A stretch of 64,000 nt of DNA from Felis catus (taxonomy: Eukaryota), in assembly GCF_018350175.1 (NCBI RefSeq), contig NC_058368.1, positions 137,270,001 to 137,334,000 of the forward strand, written 5' to 3'. The position numbers and the translations under genes are program-made. Numbering within the stretch: the stretch's first letter is position 1; each line of letters begins with the position of its first letter. The notes under the pieces were generated by a model. The model saw only the letters and a program-made list of their open reading frames with translations, ran no database searches and had not been told where the DNA came from. Shown one piece after another: positions 36,308 to 49,969 of the stretch.

Positions 36308-37232
36308 GGGGTACCTGGGTAGTTCAGTTGGTTAAGCATCTGACTTTGACTCAGGTCATGATCTCATGGTCCGTGAGTTCAAGCCCCACATCAGGCTCTG
36401 CACTGACAGTGCGGTGCCTGCCTGGGATTTTCTCTCTCTCTCCCTCTCTCTCTGCCACTCCCCCACTCACCCTCTCTCTGTCTCTCTCTCTCTCTCTCAA
36501 AACAAATAAGTAAACTTAAAAAAAAATAACTTTGAGGGGCTCCTGGCTGGCTCAGTTGGGAGAGCAGATGACTCTTGATCTTTGGGTCATGAGTCTGAGT
36601 CCCACATTTGGCACAGACATTATCATATATATCTATATATCTATATATCTATATCTATATAGATATCTATATAGATATATATGATAAAATAAATGTTTTA
36701 ACATTATATTGGCAAATACTGAAGACAATTTCTTAAAGGAAAATATTGCTAGATTTGCTCTACATTATAAAATTGACTCAATATTAAATTCTTTTTTTAA
36801 TGTTTATTTATTTTGAGTCAGAGAGAGAGCATGAGCAGGAGAGGGACAGAGAGAGAGGGAGAGAGAGAATCCCAAGCAGGCTCCATGCTGTCAGTGGAAA
36901 CCGGATGTGGTACTCAGTCTCACAAACCACGAGATCATGACCTGAGCCAAAATCAAGAGTCAGCTGCTTAACCGACTGAGCCACCCAAGGGCCCCAATAT
37001 AAAATTCTTTTTTTTTTTTAATTTTTTTTTTAACATTTATTTATTTTTGAGACAGAGAGAGACAGAGCATGAATGGGGGAGGGTCAGAGAGAGAGAGACA
37101 CAGAATCCGAAACAGGGTCCAGGCTCTGAGCTGTCAGCACAGAGCCTGACGCGGGGCTCGAACTCACAGACTGCGAGATCATGGCCTGAGCTGAAGTCGG
37201 CCGCTTAATCGACTAAGCCACCCAGGCGCCCC
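36308..37232. mobile_element. Cluster of four CAN-SINEs: 36308-36526 (+), 36536-36695 (+, short), 36791-36995 (-), 37006-37232 (-)
   Basis: Four recognisable heads and tails. Confidence 0.9.
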
Positions 37233-39302
37233 TAAAATTCTTAATTTTTCCTTTTTTATGTCAAGAAAGAGCAAGCCTACATCTCACTTTTAAGGTGTTT
37301 AAGTCTGAATATTGAATTTTATCAAATATCATTTGGGGCTTTTATTGCTGTGACTGTATGGTTTTATTATTGAAATTATCGATATGTGGCTTTTATTTTG
37401 ATAATTTCCCTTTGATTGAATCACTCATTAATTCAGAGAGAATGTCTTTGATTCCCCAGTCTTCAGTAACCTCCCACCTCTCTGTCACATTTCTCACTAT
37501 ATTCTCTTCATAGCAGTTACTGCTATCTGGAATTATCTTATTTATATGTTTATGCATTTATTGTCTGTCCCCTACACGTAGAGCCCTAATTGGCACTGCT
37601 GCTTTGAAATCCTGACTGGTCAGACCATCGTGGCCACATTACATTGTCACATACCATGATCTAGCATTACAGTGCCATCTTGGAGCTAAGGAAATCCAAA
37701 ACTGCTTCCTAAATCCTGGCTTTTCCTGCAGACCTATTTGCAAGGCATCTCTGTGCAGAAGTGGCCTTTGACTCAGGAGACAGCACTATGTAGAACTGAC
37801 AGTTTTCAATTTCTGAGCTAAAGTTCTAAGCTGCTGTTAAGTCTTGCCGCCACTGGACACAGAAAGATCCAGAATTTATATATACACTTTTATTCAGAGA
37901 TTGTACAAATAAGAAGACATCATCCTTAAATATTTTTAGCAAAATAGAAACCATTTCTAAGCCAATAATAAGATCAAGATACCCGCACTGGATAAGAAGT
38001 AACACTTGGATTCCAGCCCAGATATTTCCATTTATTTACCATGTGACCTTGGTCAAGTTATTTATCCTCTTAGATTTCTCCTCTGTAGAATGAGGGAACT
38101 GCATTAGATTTATCAATGCCTTCCAGCTGCAATTCGAAATGAATAATTCATTAGAGAAAATTTATAAAATTAATATTAATAAACTACTCTTTTTAAATCT
38201 AAGAAGTTAAAATAAACCTTGGTAAACCTTCGGGTACTGCCATCTTACCACAATATGATGGTAGCTTTGTGGGATTTTTATGCCCAAAACCATCAAATCA
38301 TCTCTTCAAATTAAATCACATGAATCAAACGATTTAGAGATATATTTCTGCAGTGGAAAACTCTGGTCATTGCCTGGGCCCTAATGCTTATTCTAGAAAC
38401 TGCTCCTCCCTCTTTTGTCCCCCCTCGCACCGCAGTGCAGTCACAGCAGGGCAGTCCTATTGCAACATGACTCTTCCTTCTGGCCACAGTTAATCACCTG
38501 TGGTCCAAGGTGGACACCTCATTCCTAAAGGCCAGGAAGTCCCATTCGCAGGAATTTGGGTCTTAGGGAGGAAAGAAAATGGAGACTTGGTCCCGAATGC
38601 TTGAAACCATAAATGTACACCCTGGGGATGCCAGGCAGGCATGTTCTCCATGGGAAAGATGGTTTACAGAAACAGGAGGCAAGCAGAGGATCTAATATTT
38701 CTGGTCCGTAGACAAACTGTATTACTATCCCTAGAGTAGACTGTTTAACTCTTCTTTGAGAAATACCCCAGTGTACTTTCAGTAAGTTATTTTTGCCTTA
38801 GCTGGTGAAAATCTGCTTTGTTGCCCCCTACCCTCACCAAAAATCTAAAGTAATACAACTTCTATCCAAATAGATCAGAATCCCTTGTCTTCAGATAATC
38901 TCCCTGCCAGGGATGACTACTTCTCTCATAGCCTTGTTCATCTCTGTGACTTCTCTAATACTGCCTTGAGTTATCTGTTGATGCCACTTCTTTTAAATTG
39001 AAGGATTCCCATTAGCTTAACTAGCAAAAGATGTACTTTCTGAACTACAACTAAAATTGACCTGTATGATTTCGAGACATCTTCACCTTGTTTCTTTCAC
39101 TACTGAGTCCTTCTCCTTCAGATTATGTTGCATAGAGCACTATAGTTTCCTTAAAAGAAAATTCTATAGACGCAGATCAGTAGATGGTATTTATATCTGC
39201 TATCTATATATTTCTGTTGCACTTGTAAGAAGGGCCTTAACTTCATTTCCTTAGATCTTGAGGTGAAAGAAAAAAATAAAAGATGTGTAAGAAATCATTA
39301 TT

Positions 39303-39515
39303 GAGGGATGCCTGGGTGGCTCAGTCAGTTAAGTGTCTGACTTCAGCTCAGGTCATGATCTCACCACTCTTGGGTTCAAGCCCAGTGTTGGGTTCTGTGC
39401 TGACAGCTTAGAGCCTGGAGCCTGCTTCGGATTCTGTGTCTCCCTCTCTTTCTCTGTCCCTCCCCCACCCATGCTTACGCACGCTCTCTCAAAAATAAAC
39501 AAACATTAAAAAATT
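39303..39515 (+). mobile_element. CAN-SINE
   Basis: Canonical body and tail. Confidence 0.9.
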
Positions 39516-40615
39516 AATAATTATTTGAAGCAAAACAATTCAAGATATACTAGAATCATGGTAAATCATCAAAATAGCACTGTGGTGGCATCCTGCCTCC
39601 TCAGCAATCCAAATTCCAGTAATACATCCATTTTTAACAGTGTAATTATGCACTCCATCTATTGGAACATTCTTCTGAGGAGGGAACACAAATTATTTGA
39701 GCAGAAATATTACTAACAGGCACAGAAAAAAGGTTAATGAGGAAATGGGAAAAGTGTTAAGGGATATAAATTAAGGGCTTATCCACAACTATTATTGAAA
39801 TTTTCCTTTGTTTTGATTTTTTAGACATATTATCAGCTTACATGGTCTTCATAATAATTCCCTAATGGTTTTCTTTCTAATTGATGTGAATATGCATCCC
39901 CTCAGAAAAATCCGATTCCAAGATTAGAAAGCTTTCCTTCTGTTTAGTCCTTAGAGACCATGAGATATGTTTTCCCCCATAGGCAACACACGTCCTGTGA
40001 AATGGAAGCAGAGCTTTTATGCCTTAAAATTCATTTATCTGAATGTACAATCATGACCAGCGTAGGCAAAGCAAATCCAAATTACCACTTCTACTTTACG
40101 CCAACAAAACAAGAGATAGCCCTCATTTTAGAATTCTCTAAATGTTCCCCGTCAGGGGCACTGGGAAGCATAACATACGGAATCACAAATGGGTCTTCTG
40201 ACAAGCTGCCAATCTAGTGACTCTTATAGGAAGAACAACAGTGAACACCAAGGACGAGACAAAAGTAACAGCTGAGAGATGCGGTTGAAAATTGAACTAA
40301 ACAACCAGAGAAAGGTCGAGGTGGGAAGAAGTCAGTCCAGCATAGATGTAAGTTTAGAGCACCAAGGGAAAATTTCATAAGGAAATCTTATATTGCTTTA
40401 AAATTTATGAATAAAAAGAGCAGAAAGTCTCTGTGGTTTGGTGGAATGCTTAGATATTATAACCCCTGAATTGCTGGTGCAGAAATTAAAAGTTAGAAAA
40501 AGATTTTCCTATTTTCTGTCTCCACGGAAATGATTTATTCGAACAGATGTGCATATGTATTTAATTTATAAGTTTTGCTATGACCGTCTATGTTTAAAAA
40601 CATAAATCTGTCTCT

Positions 40616-40812
40616 GGCCCCCCGGGTGGCTCAGTCAGTTAAGCACCCGACTCTTGATTTGAGTTCAGGTCACGATCTCATGGTTCATGGGACGGACTCC
40701 CAGGTCAGGCTCTGTGCTGACGGCACAGAGCCTGTTTGGGATTCGCTCCCTCTCTCTGACCCTCCACTGCTTGCTCACTCTCTCCAAATAAACAAATAAA
40801 CATTCTTTAAAA
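40616..40812 (+). mobile_element. CAN-SINE
   Basis: Canonical body; flanking TTTAAAAACATAAAT repeat. Confidence 0.88.
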
Positions 40813-41071
40813 AACATAAATTTGTCTGGATACAATGTCTTCCTTGTATGAAAGGTGAGGATTCACTTGTAAATTAATTTTGAGAAGAATTTTCATGACA
40901 TACAAAACATGAAAGATTCATCGGGATTGATTTAATGTAATCCCCAATGGGCTATAATACAATCATAACACTGACTCCTAAGATATCAGTGGAATTAAGC
41001 CTAAATTTTATTTTCTTAATATTTAATTCTCAGTTGCTAACCTAACCTGACTCAAATTACATACACTGAAA

Positions 41072-41295
41072 TTAAAAAAAATTTTTTTTTTTAACATTTA
41101 CTCATTTTTGAGAGTGAGAGAGGCAGAGCATGAGCAAGGGAGGGGCAGAGAGAGAGGGAGACACAGAACTGGAAACAGGCTGCAGGCTCTGAGCTGTCTG
41201 CACAGAGCCGGACGCGGGGCTCGAACTCCCAGAGTGCGAGATCATGACCTGAGCCAAAGTCGGACGCTCAACCAACTGAGCCACCTAGGCGCCCC
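41072..41295 (-). mobile_element. CAN-SINE
   Basis: Antisense canonical body. Confidence 0.9.
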
Positions 41296-41419
41296 AACCT
41301 TACTCAAAATTTAAAATGAAACCATGCCCAGTATCTCATTTAACATTTACTTTTTAAAAGTAGGATCAAACATTCTGAATTAACCTGTTAGACATATTTT
41401 TCTCCCTCTTAGGAAATCC

Positions 41420-42750
41420 CCTAAAAATGGCAGAAAGGGAAACTTTCTAAAAGGTCTGTTAAATCCACTGGCACAAAGAGAGCTGGAAAGCCACTACCGC
41501 AGGCAAGGAACGTTAACAAATGCGTGGAGATGGAAAGCAGATGAAGAAGTGGAAACCGGCTTAGAAGAACGGAGAAACCTCAAATCTAAGTGCCGAAATA
41601 CCAAACTGAAGCATGCTGACTCTCCATAGACCCAAGGAAGAGCTCAAGAATTGGACGTAGTGAAACAGGCAGAGATGCAGAGTCTGAATGACAACAGGAA
41701 AGCCCATTGATAAGAACTCTGGAATCCTCTCCTGGGAAGCCAGATGACAACTCCTGTCTTACCTTAGAAAAAGGGGGAGGTTTATTCTCTCTAGTAATTG
41801 AACTAGAGAGGTCCTAGACTGGGGGACTCTTTTTATTTATTTGTTTGTTTGTTTATTTATTTAACTGTTTATTTTTGAGAAACAGCGAGCACGATTGGGG
41901 GGGGGGGGGGGAGGACACAGAATCCGAAGCAGGCTCCAGGCTCTGAGCTGTCAGCACAGAGCCCAGCGCGGGGCTCTAAACCCACAAACCGCAAGATCAT
42001 GATCTGAGCCAGAGTTGGAATCTTAACCGACTGAGCCACCCAGGCACCGGTAGACTTGAGGATTCTAGACACAGTAGAGGGCAGGGATGAGGCACCAAAA
42101 TGAAAATAAATCTGAGTTAGGCTTAATGAACAATGCAAGCTCCCACGTCCATCCCTGCAATCCTTCCCAGGGCCTGGAACACCAGAAACCATGCTTATTC
42201 TTCCCAGTCAAGACATGAAAAAAGTTGTCAACGTACAAGTTGTCTCAGAGCCCTACCACACAATGAAGATGCCCACTTGTCCACAATTTCTCCAGCACAG
42301 CAAGCTTCCAATTTGCTTTTCAGTGCCTTAGTCTTAAACATGCCTGAATGGTGAGCAAAGTCTCACCAGACATTTGAGGAAAGCTCTGAAGTGAAAAGCT
42401 GAAAGGCAGAGAGAAAAATAAACAAAAGGAATCAGGGCGGGTGGTGGTGGGGGGAATGCAGGCAGTAGAAGATGATTTCAATTTTAAATTTTTTTTTTCA
42501 ACGTTTATTTATTTTGGGGACAGAGAGAGACAGAGCATGAACGGGAGAGGGGCAGAGAGAGAGGGAGACACAGAATCGGAAACAGGCTCCAGGCTCTGAG
42601 CCATCAGCCCAGAGCCTGACGCGGGGCTCGAACTCACGGACCGCGAGATCGTGACCTGGCTGAAGTCGGACGCTTAACCGACTGCGCCACCCAGGCGCCC
42701 CTCATTTTTAAATTTTGATTAATATCCCTCAAGAGATGAGAAGACTAACC
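41420..42750 (+). mobile_element. Ancient L1/HAL1 5' region, interrupted by SINEs at 41829-42048 (-) and 42485-42701 (-, young)
   Basis: GGAGATGGAAAGCAGATG and CACCAGACATTTGAGGAAAGC...ATATCCCTCAAGAGATGAGAAGA resemble old L1ME/HAL1 ORF1 starts; the two SINEs are unambiguous. Confidence 0.5.
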
Positions 42751-43039
42751 CAGAATTTTTCCTACAATGCCCTCCATAAAAGAGCTGGGTTTGAGATCCC
42801 TTTAGGTACCACTGTCACTAATTCTGCCACTCTTTGCCACTATTTCTGCCTTGTTGGGACTCGACGATCTGCCCAACTCATCTTTATCTTTACTAGAGTA
42901 GAACACAATTACTCAAAACATTTATCAAAACAGAGACATTTAAAAAAAAAAGTTTGCATCCCTCTATTATATGGTTAATAATATTAGTAGAATTAGCGTT
43001 ATTTTCAGTTCACTCGGCAAAGATCATTACCCATTCCAA

Positions 43040-43300
43040 GCAGTAATAATGATGATGATGGTGACGATGGTGATAGCTGGCATGTAGCGAGTGCTTACTT
43101 GTGCCAGGCACTGTGACAGACTGTGTACAAGGACAGTCTCTTTTCATCTTCTCCACAGCCCTAGCAGGTGGGCACCTACTATTATTCTCATCATACAGAT
43201 ACAGAAACCAAGGTTTCCAAAGGTCACTCGACATCTTCAAGATGACAAAGGATTTGAAACCACCTATTCTGGGCATTAAGGCTTTGCCTTTAACCTCTAT
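43040..43300 (-). mobile_element. MIR
   Basis: CTTACTTGTGCCAGGCACTGTG...TACAGATACAGAAACCAAGG. Confidence 0.7.
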
Positions 43301-44299
43301 GTGCATTACTTCTTAAAGAAGAAAAAGAAAATCAAAGTTATATCGTGAGGGAACAAAATGGGGGGGGGGGTTAAATGGTACACTGGTGACATATGTCACG
43401 TATTCCTCAAAATTTTTACAAGTTGAAGATAAACGTAAACCTAGAAATGTTACAGAGGAAGCAGAGCTGTTCTCCTAGGCAAGGCCTCACAAGGGCCTCT
43501 TCCTTGATATGGTGTTGATAGGTCCAATGTTGGCGGTCCTGACTGCTGTTCTAAGAAAAGGTGTCCAGCAAAATCAGGGGTCACCTGGCAAAACTCTAAA
43601 CCCAAAGAGAGATCTGCCTCTCGGGAGCAAACTCCCATTAACCAAATGCAGGGAAACCTATGCATTATGAACCAGAATGTCAGTCAATGTCCAAACCTGC
43701 CTAGAATGTTTCTTTCTTCATTAACCAAATTTGTGTGGAAAACTAGGCTATAATCAGAAAGTTGCTTAGTGAGCATGGAAAAAAAAAGCCAAAGAGTTAG
43801 ATTCTCTTAATACCTAGTTTCACCAAGTGTTAGAAGGTGGAGACGGGGACAGTAAAGTATCCTCCAGACTGAGAAGGCAGTTTGAGCCCCAGAAATGAAG
43901 CAAGCCATTCCATACCATTTACAAGGAGTTTTTCTCAAGGTAACTTACTGATGAAGTAGGGGAGGGGATTGGGTGGACAACAATCTAGCAGCTACACAGC
44001 TATTCTCTGGAAAATTTGGACCTTAATCCACATATTTATAGAGCAAAGGGATGTAGTTATCTAAGATGGCATCATCCACGTGCCAGAGGAGAAGGAGGGG
44101 AAGCTACCTCTATGAGCCATCTAAACTTTACACAAGATCAGAACAAGCCTTCCTGTATTCTGGTCAAGGCATACATTAACCTCCAAGGAGCTTGGAACAT
44201 TATAGCCCAGAGGGAGGTCATTGAAAGCACATGAACAAGATGGAGGGCCGAAGTTGGAGACAGCATTGTCAGCACTCCTACACCAACCTAGTCATACAC

Positions 44300-44860
44300 T
44301 CATCCATTAGTCCACTCAATTACGATTTACTGAGTACTTACTTTATGTGAGGACGTGATTGTTCTTAATGCTGAGGATGTGATTGTTGATAAGAGAGACA
44401 GAAGTTCCCATTCTAATGAAGTCCACAATTAAGTGAAAGAGATGGACAGTCTCAAACAAGTAGAGAATGCAATTTTAGATACTGATAAGTGCAATGCCTA
44501 GAATTTCATGGTAAGAAGATAGAGGTTTAATAGGTTGGTCAAGAAATATCTAACGGGATATTTGGCATCTGAAGAGGTAAGAGAGATTAATTGTCTTAAG
44601 TCCTGGGGGACAGCAATCCAGCAGAGAAATCTTCAAGTGTAGAGAGTCGAAGGTAGAGGTGAGCTCAGTATGTTTAAGGCCAGTGTAACTGCAGGCAGGT
44701 GAGCAAGTAATGGACAGGTGGGAGCTGAGGTCAGAGAGTAGGCAAAGGCTAGCTCATGTAGGGTTTTGTAATTATCATAAGAATTTTATTCTCGGAGTTA
44801 TTGGAGGCCATTGGGGAGGTTTTCAGAAAAATGACAGAATGCAATTTCTGAGAGATAAGC
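44300..44860 (-). mobile_element. L2 fragment
   Basis: ATTTACTGAGTACTTACTTTATGTG start and purine-rich body ending TTGGAGGCCATTGGGGAGGTTTT. Confidence 0.6.
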
Positions 44861-44889
44861 CTTGGACTGGAGTAAGAGATAAACTTGTA

Positions 44890-45275
44890 CTTTCCTTTGG
44901 CAGTGGAGTTAGGCCGAGATGCCAAGCTAGGTATGTGACATGTGACAAGTGACAAAGTTTTAGCTGATAACAAAGGAAAGTGGTATGTGCAATTTTTTAA
45001 AGGGTGGGTCATGCACCTCTCCTTATTTTTTCTCCTTCCCAGTGGCTGGGATGTGGTTGTAAATCGCTAAGCAGAAACCTAGGAATTCACACTGAACCAT
45101 GAGGAGGGAGCTTATTATTAAGGATGGAAAAGCAGCAAGATGGAAGAGCCTACTCCCCTGATCAGATTATTTTGAACCTTCTAGACCAGCTGTGAACTGC
45201 CTATATTTACAAGAGAGATAAATTACTATCTTGTTACTAGTTTTCTGTCACTTGCAGCAGAATCTAATCCTAACA
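44890..45275 (+). mobile_element. MaLR LTR (MLT1J-like)
   Basis: GGATGGAAAAGCAGCAAGATGGAAGAGCCT and TGTCACTTGCAGCAGAATCTAATCCTAAC end. Confidence 0.6.
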
Positions 45276-45649
45276 TGCTTTGTTCTTAGCTTGCTTGAGA
45301 GTGCATAATGACTAGAAACTTAGGGCCAAGACACTTACTGGAATCTTCCCAGCAACGCTGATGGAACATACTGAGCCCTATTTCTAGTTTATAATAAAGA
45401 GGCCATAACTTGGCAGAGTGCTCATTGGGACACCCAAACTCCACTTAGTAAGCGGCCCTGATCTATTCTCTTCTGGTGAACCACTTGAAAGACTGTTGTG
45501 TCTGTTTGACATAAGATTTGCAAATACAATCTCTCTCCAACCCTAGAAAGACTTTTGAATTTGATAGAATCTCGCTCTCTGTCTTAATGTAGGACTCCAC
45601 AACTCTTAAAATATTAAAATATATCCGGTTTAAATTTGGAAACATTTTA

Positions 45650-45850
45650 GGGGCGCCTGGGTGGCTCAGTCGGTTGAGTGTCTGGTCGTGATCTCACAGC
45701 TTGTTAGTTCAAGACCCCCGTCAGGCTCTGTGCTGACAGCTTGGAGCCTGCTTCAGATTCTGTGCCTTTCTCTCTCTCTCTGCCCCAACCTACTCGCATT
45801 CTGTCTCTGTCTGTCTCAAAAATAAATAAACATTAAAAAACTTTTTTTTT
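45650..45850 (+). mobile_element. CAN-SINE
   Basis: TSD AATTTGGAAACATTTT. Confidence 0.9.
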
Positions 45851-46228
45851 AATTTGGAAACATTTTGGATCCAATGAAGAAAGATAGGTTGAAGATAAAG
45901 GAGAGAGAAGCCTGGAAGGAGATCAAGCAGAGGGGAGTGGTCTTTGCTAGAAGAAACATCAGGTTGTCTTTTCTCACTCACAGTTCTGTGGAAATTCTTC
46001 CACGTTGTTGTGCATATCAGTAGTTTATTTCTTTTTATTGCTGAGTAGTATTCTATGGTAACCATTCATCCACTAAAGAATGTATGGGTTGTTTCTAATT
46101 TGGGGCTGTTACAAATAAAGCTGCTATCAACATACAGGTTTTGTGTGAAAATAAGTTTTCATTTCTCTGGGATAAATGCTCAAGAGTCCAATTGCTGGAT
46201 TATATGGTAATTACATGTTTAGTTTTTT

Positions 46229-47613
46229 TGTTTGTTTATTTTATTTTATTTTTATTTTATTTTTTATTTTTTTAAAATTTACATCCAAATTAGTTAACAT
46301 ATAGTGCAACAATGATTTCAGGAGTAGATTCCTCAGTGCCCCTTACCCATTTAGCCCATCCCCCCTCCCACAACCTCTCCAGCAACTCTCAGTTTGTTCT
46401 CCATATTTATGAATCTCTTCTATTTTGTCCCCCTCCCTGTTTTATATTATTTTTGCTTCTCTTCCCTTATGTTAATATGTTCTGTATTTTAAAGTCCTCA
46501 TATGAGTGAAGTCATATATTTGTCTTTCTCTGACTAATTTCACTTAGCATAATACCCTTCAGTTCCATCCATGTAGTTGCAAATGGCAAGATTTCATTCT
46601 TTCTAATTGCCGAGTAATACTTCACTGTATATATATATACCACCTCTTCTTTATCCATTCATCCATCGGTGGACATTTGGGCTCTTTCCTTACATTGGGT
46701 GCATATACCCCTTCGAAACAGCATACCTGTATCCCTTGGATAAATGCCTAGTAGTGCAATTGCTGGGTCGTAGGGTAGTTCTATTTTTAGTTTTTTGAGG
46801 AACCTCCATACTGTTTTCCAGAGTGGCTGCACCAGCTTGCATTCCCACCAGGAATGCAAAAGAGATCCTCTTTCTCTGCAGCCTTGCCAACATCTGTTTT
46901 TGCCTGAGCTGTGAATGTTAGCCATTCTGACAGGTGTGAGGTGATACCTCATTGTGGTTTTGATTTGTATTTCCCTGATGATGAGTGATGTGGAGCATTT
47001 TTTCATGTGTCGGTTGGCCATCTGGATGTGTTCTTTGGAGAAGGGTCTATTCATGTCTTTTGCCCATTTCTTCACTGGATTATTTGTTTTTTGGGTGTTG
47101 AGTTGGATAAGTTCTTTATAGATTTTGGATACTAAGCCTTTATCTGATATGTCATTTGCAAATATCTTCTCCTATTCTGTCAGTTGCCTTTTAGTTTTGC
47201 TGATTGTTTCCTTCGCTGTGCAGCTTTTTATTTTGATGAGGTCCCAATAGTTCAATTTTGCTTTTGTTTTCCTTGCCTCCAGAGATGTGTTGAGTAAGAA
47301 GTTGCTGTGGCCAAGATCAAAGAGGTTTTTGTCTGCTTTCTCCTCGAGGCTTTTGATGGCTTCCTGTCTTACATTTAGGTCTTTCATCCATTTTGAGTTT
47401 ATTTTTGTGTATGATGTAAGAAAGTGGTCCAGGTAAATTCTTCTGTATGTCACTGTCCAGTTTTCCCAGCACCACTTGCTGAAGAGACTGTCTTTATTCC
47501 ATTGGATATTCTTTCCTGCTTTGTCAAAGTTAGTTGGCCATACGCTTGTGGGTCCATTTCTGGGTTCTGTATTCTGTGCCATTGATCTGAGTGTCTGTTC
47601 TTGTGCCAGTATG
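46229..47613 (-). mobile_element. Younger carnivore/felid L1, 5'-truncated, nested
   Basis: ORF2 C-terminal ORFs 46659-47075 and 47172-47582; TSD CATGTTTAGTTTTTT at 46214-46228 and 47614-47628. Confidence 0.93.
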
Positions 47614-49608
47614 CATGTTTAGTTTTTTAAGAAAGTGCCATACCGTTTTCCAGGGTGGCTGTAGTGTTTTATATTCCCAACAGCAATGTGTGAGTGTTTC
47701 AGTTTCTTTGAATCCTCACCAGATTTTAGCGTTGTTGCTTTTTTTTTCTTTTTTCACCAGCCATTCAGATAGGTAGATAGTGATATCTCATCTCTTGTGG
47801 CTTAATTTGCATTTGTCTGATGGTTAATGATATTGACTAGTTTTCGAATATTGAATCAGCCTTGCATCCCTGGAATAAACCACACCTGGTCATGGTATAC
47901 TATTCTTTTCATATGTTGCTTAATTTTATTTGCCAATACTTTGCTAAGAAATTTTGAGTCTATGTTGAGCCTATGTTTGCATCTGTAAGAGATACCAGTT
48001 TATAGTTTTCTTTCTTATGCTGTCTGTCTAGTTTTGGTGTCAGGGTAACAGTTGCTACATAAAATGAATTGGCATGTGTTCCCATGTCTTTCGTTTTTCT
48101 TGAAGAGGTTGTATATAATTTGTATTAATTCCTCAAATGGTTGGTAGAATTCTCCAGTGAAACCATCCGGGCCTGGAGATTTCTTTTTGCAGACTTTTTA
48201 AATTATAAATTCAATGTCCTTAATAGTTATAGGGCTACTCAAATGATCTATTTCATGTTGGGTGAGTTATGGTAATTTGTACTTTTTAAGGAATTTGTGT
48301 ATTTCATATAAGTTCTCAAATTTATGTGTGCAAAGCTGTTCATAACATTCCCTTGTCATTCTTTTGATATCTGCAGGATCTGTAGTGATATCTTCTGTTT
48401 CATTCCTGAGTTTGATAATTTGTGTCTTTTTTCTTTTTCAATCTTGCTAGAGGTTTATCAATTTTATTGATTTTTTCCCCCAAGAAGCTTTTTGTTTCAT
48501 TGATTTTTTTCTAATGTTTTTCTGTTTTCAATTTCAGTGATTTCTGCTCTTATTTTTGTTATTTCCATTTACTTTTAACTTGCTTTTATCATTATATTTG
48601 AAGTGAGTTTCTTATAGACAACATACACTTGAGTCGTGTCTTTAGATCCACTTTATCAGTCAAAATACAATGTTTTAGACCATTTATATTTAATGTAATT
48701 ATTGATATGTAAAGGCTTTAAGTCTGTCACTGTACCTTTTATTTTTTGTTGTGTTTTTTATTTTTTTCCTGACTTTCTATGGGTTACTTGTATATTGTTT
48801 TGAATTCCATATTGATTTATCTATATAATGTTTTTGAGTGTATCTCTACATAACTTTTTGACTTGTTGCTCTAGGTCTTTAGTTATAGTTGTTATAGTTA
48901 GTTATATAAATGTAATATACATGTTGTATATATAATATACTTTATGAACGTATAACTTATCCCAGCATACTGGTAGTGTCATTTTACCAGTTCAAGTGAA
49001 TTGTAGAACCCTTATCCCCCTTTATGTCTCTTTACCTTCTCCATTTAAATACTATAATTGTCTTAAATATTTTTTCTTCATACATTTAGAATCACATTGG
49101 ACAATGTTATAATTTTTGTTTCTACCATCAAACATAATTTAGAAAACTCAAGAGGAGAAGAGAAGCCTATTATATTTACCCATATTTTTGCTTAGCCTAT
49201 TCTTCCTTCCTTCCCAATGTTCCTATACACTTTCTTTTATAATTTTCTTTATGTTTAGCCATCCTTTTAGGAAAAGTCTGCCAGTGACAAAAATCTTTTA
49301 GTTTTCCTTCATCTGAAAATGTTATGATTTCCCTTCCATTCCTAGGGATATTTTTTCCACGTACAGGATTCTGGGTTGATAGTTCCTTCCTTTCAATACT
49401 TGTAAAACATAGTGTTATTTCCCTTTGGACTCCGTGATTTCTTATGTGAAATCATTGTCATTCAAATTGCTTTTCCCTTATAGGTAAAATGTCATTTTTT
49501 GCTCCCTGTTTTCAAGGTTTATTTCCTTTGTGTTTAGTTTTCAGGAATTGAACAGTGTGTCTTGGCATGGATTTCTTTGGGTTAATCTTTTCTTCAGTTT
49601 CATTTGTT

Positions 49609-49964
49609 TATTTTTTTTTAATTTTTTTAATGTTTATTATTACTTTTAATTATTTTAATAATTAAATTAAATTAATTTAATAATGTTATTATTACTTTTA
49701 TTTTTTTTAATGTTTATTACTTTTTTTAAAGTTTATTTATTTGTTTATTTTTTTTTAATTTTTTTTAATGTTTATTACTGAGACAGAGAGAGACAGAGCA
49801 TGAGTGGGGGAGGGGCAGAGAGAGAGGGAGACACAGAATCCGAAGCAGGCTCCAGGCTCTGAGCTATCAGCACAGAGCCCGACGCGGGGCTCGAACTCAC
49901 AGACTGCGAGATCATGACCTGAGCCGAAGCCGGACGCTCAACCAACTGAGCCACCCAGGCGCCC
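49609..49964 (-). mobile_element. CAN-SINE with ~170-bp reiterated tail
   Basis: Body 49780-49964; tail built of TTTTTTTAATGTTTATTA repeats; flanking TGTTTATTTTTT repeat. Confidence 0.9.
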
Positions 49965-49969
49965 CTGTT

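Noticed and set aside
36620..36682. TA/GATA-rich palindrome (also 50220-50365)
   Set aside because: Low-complexity microsatellite in retroposon tails, trivially self-complementary
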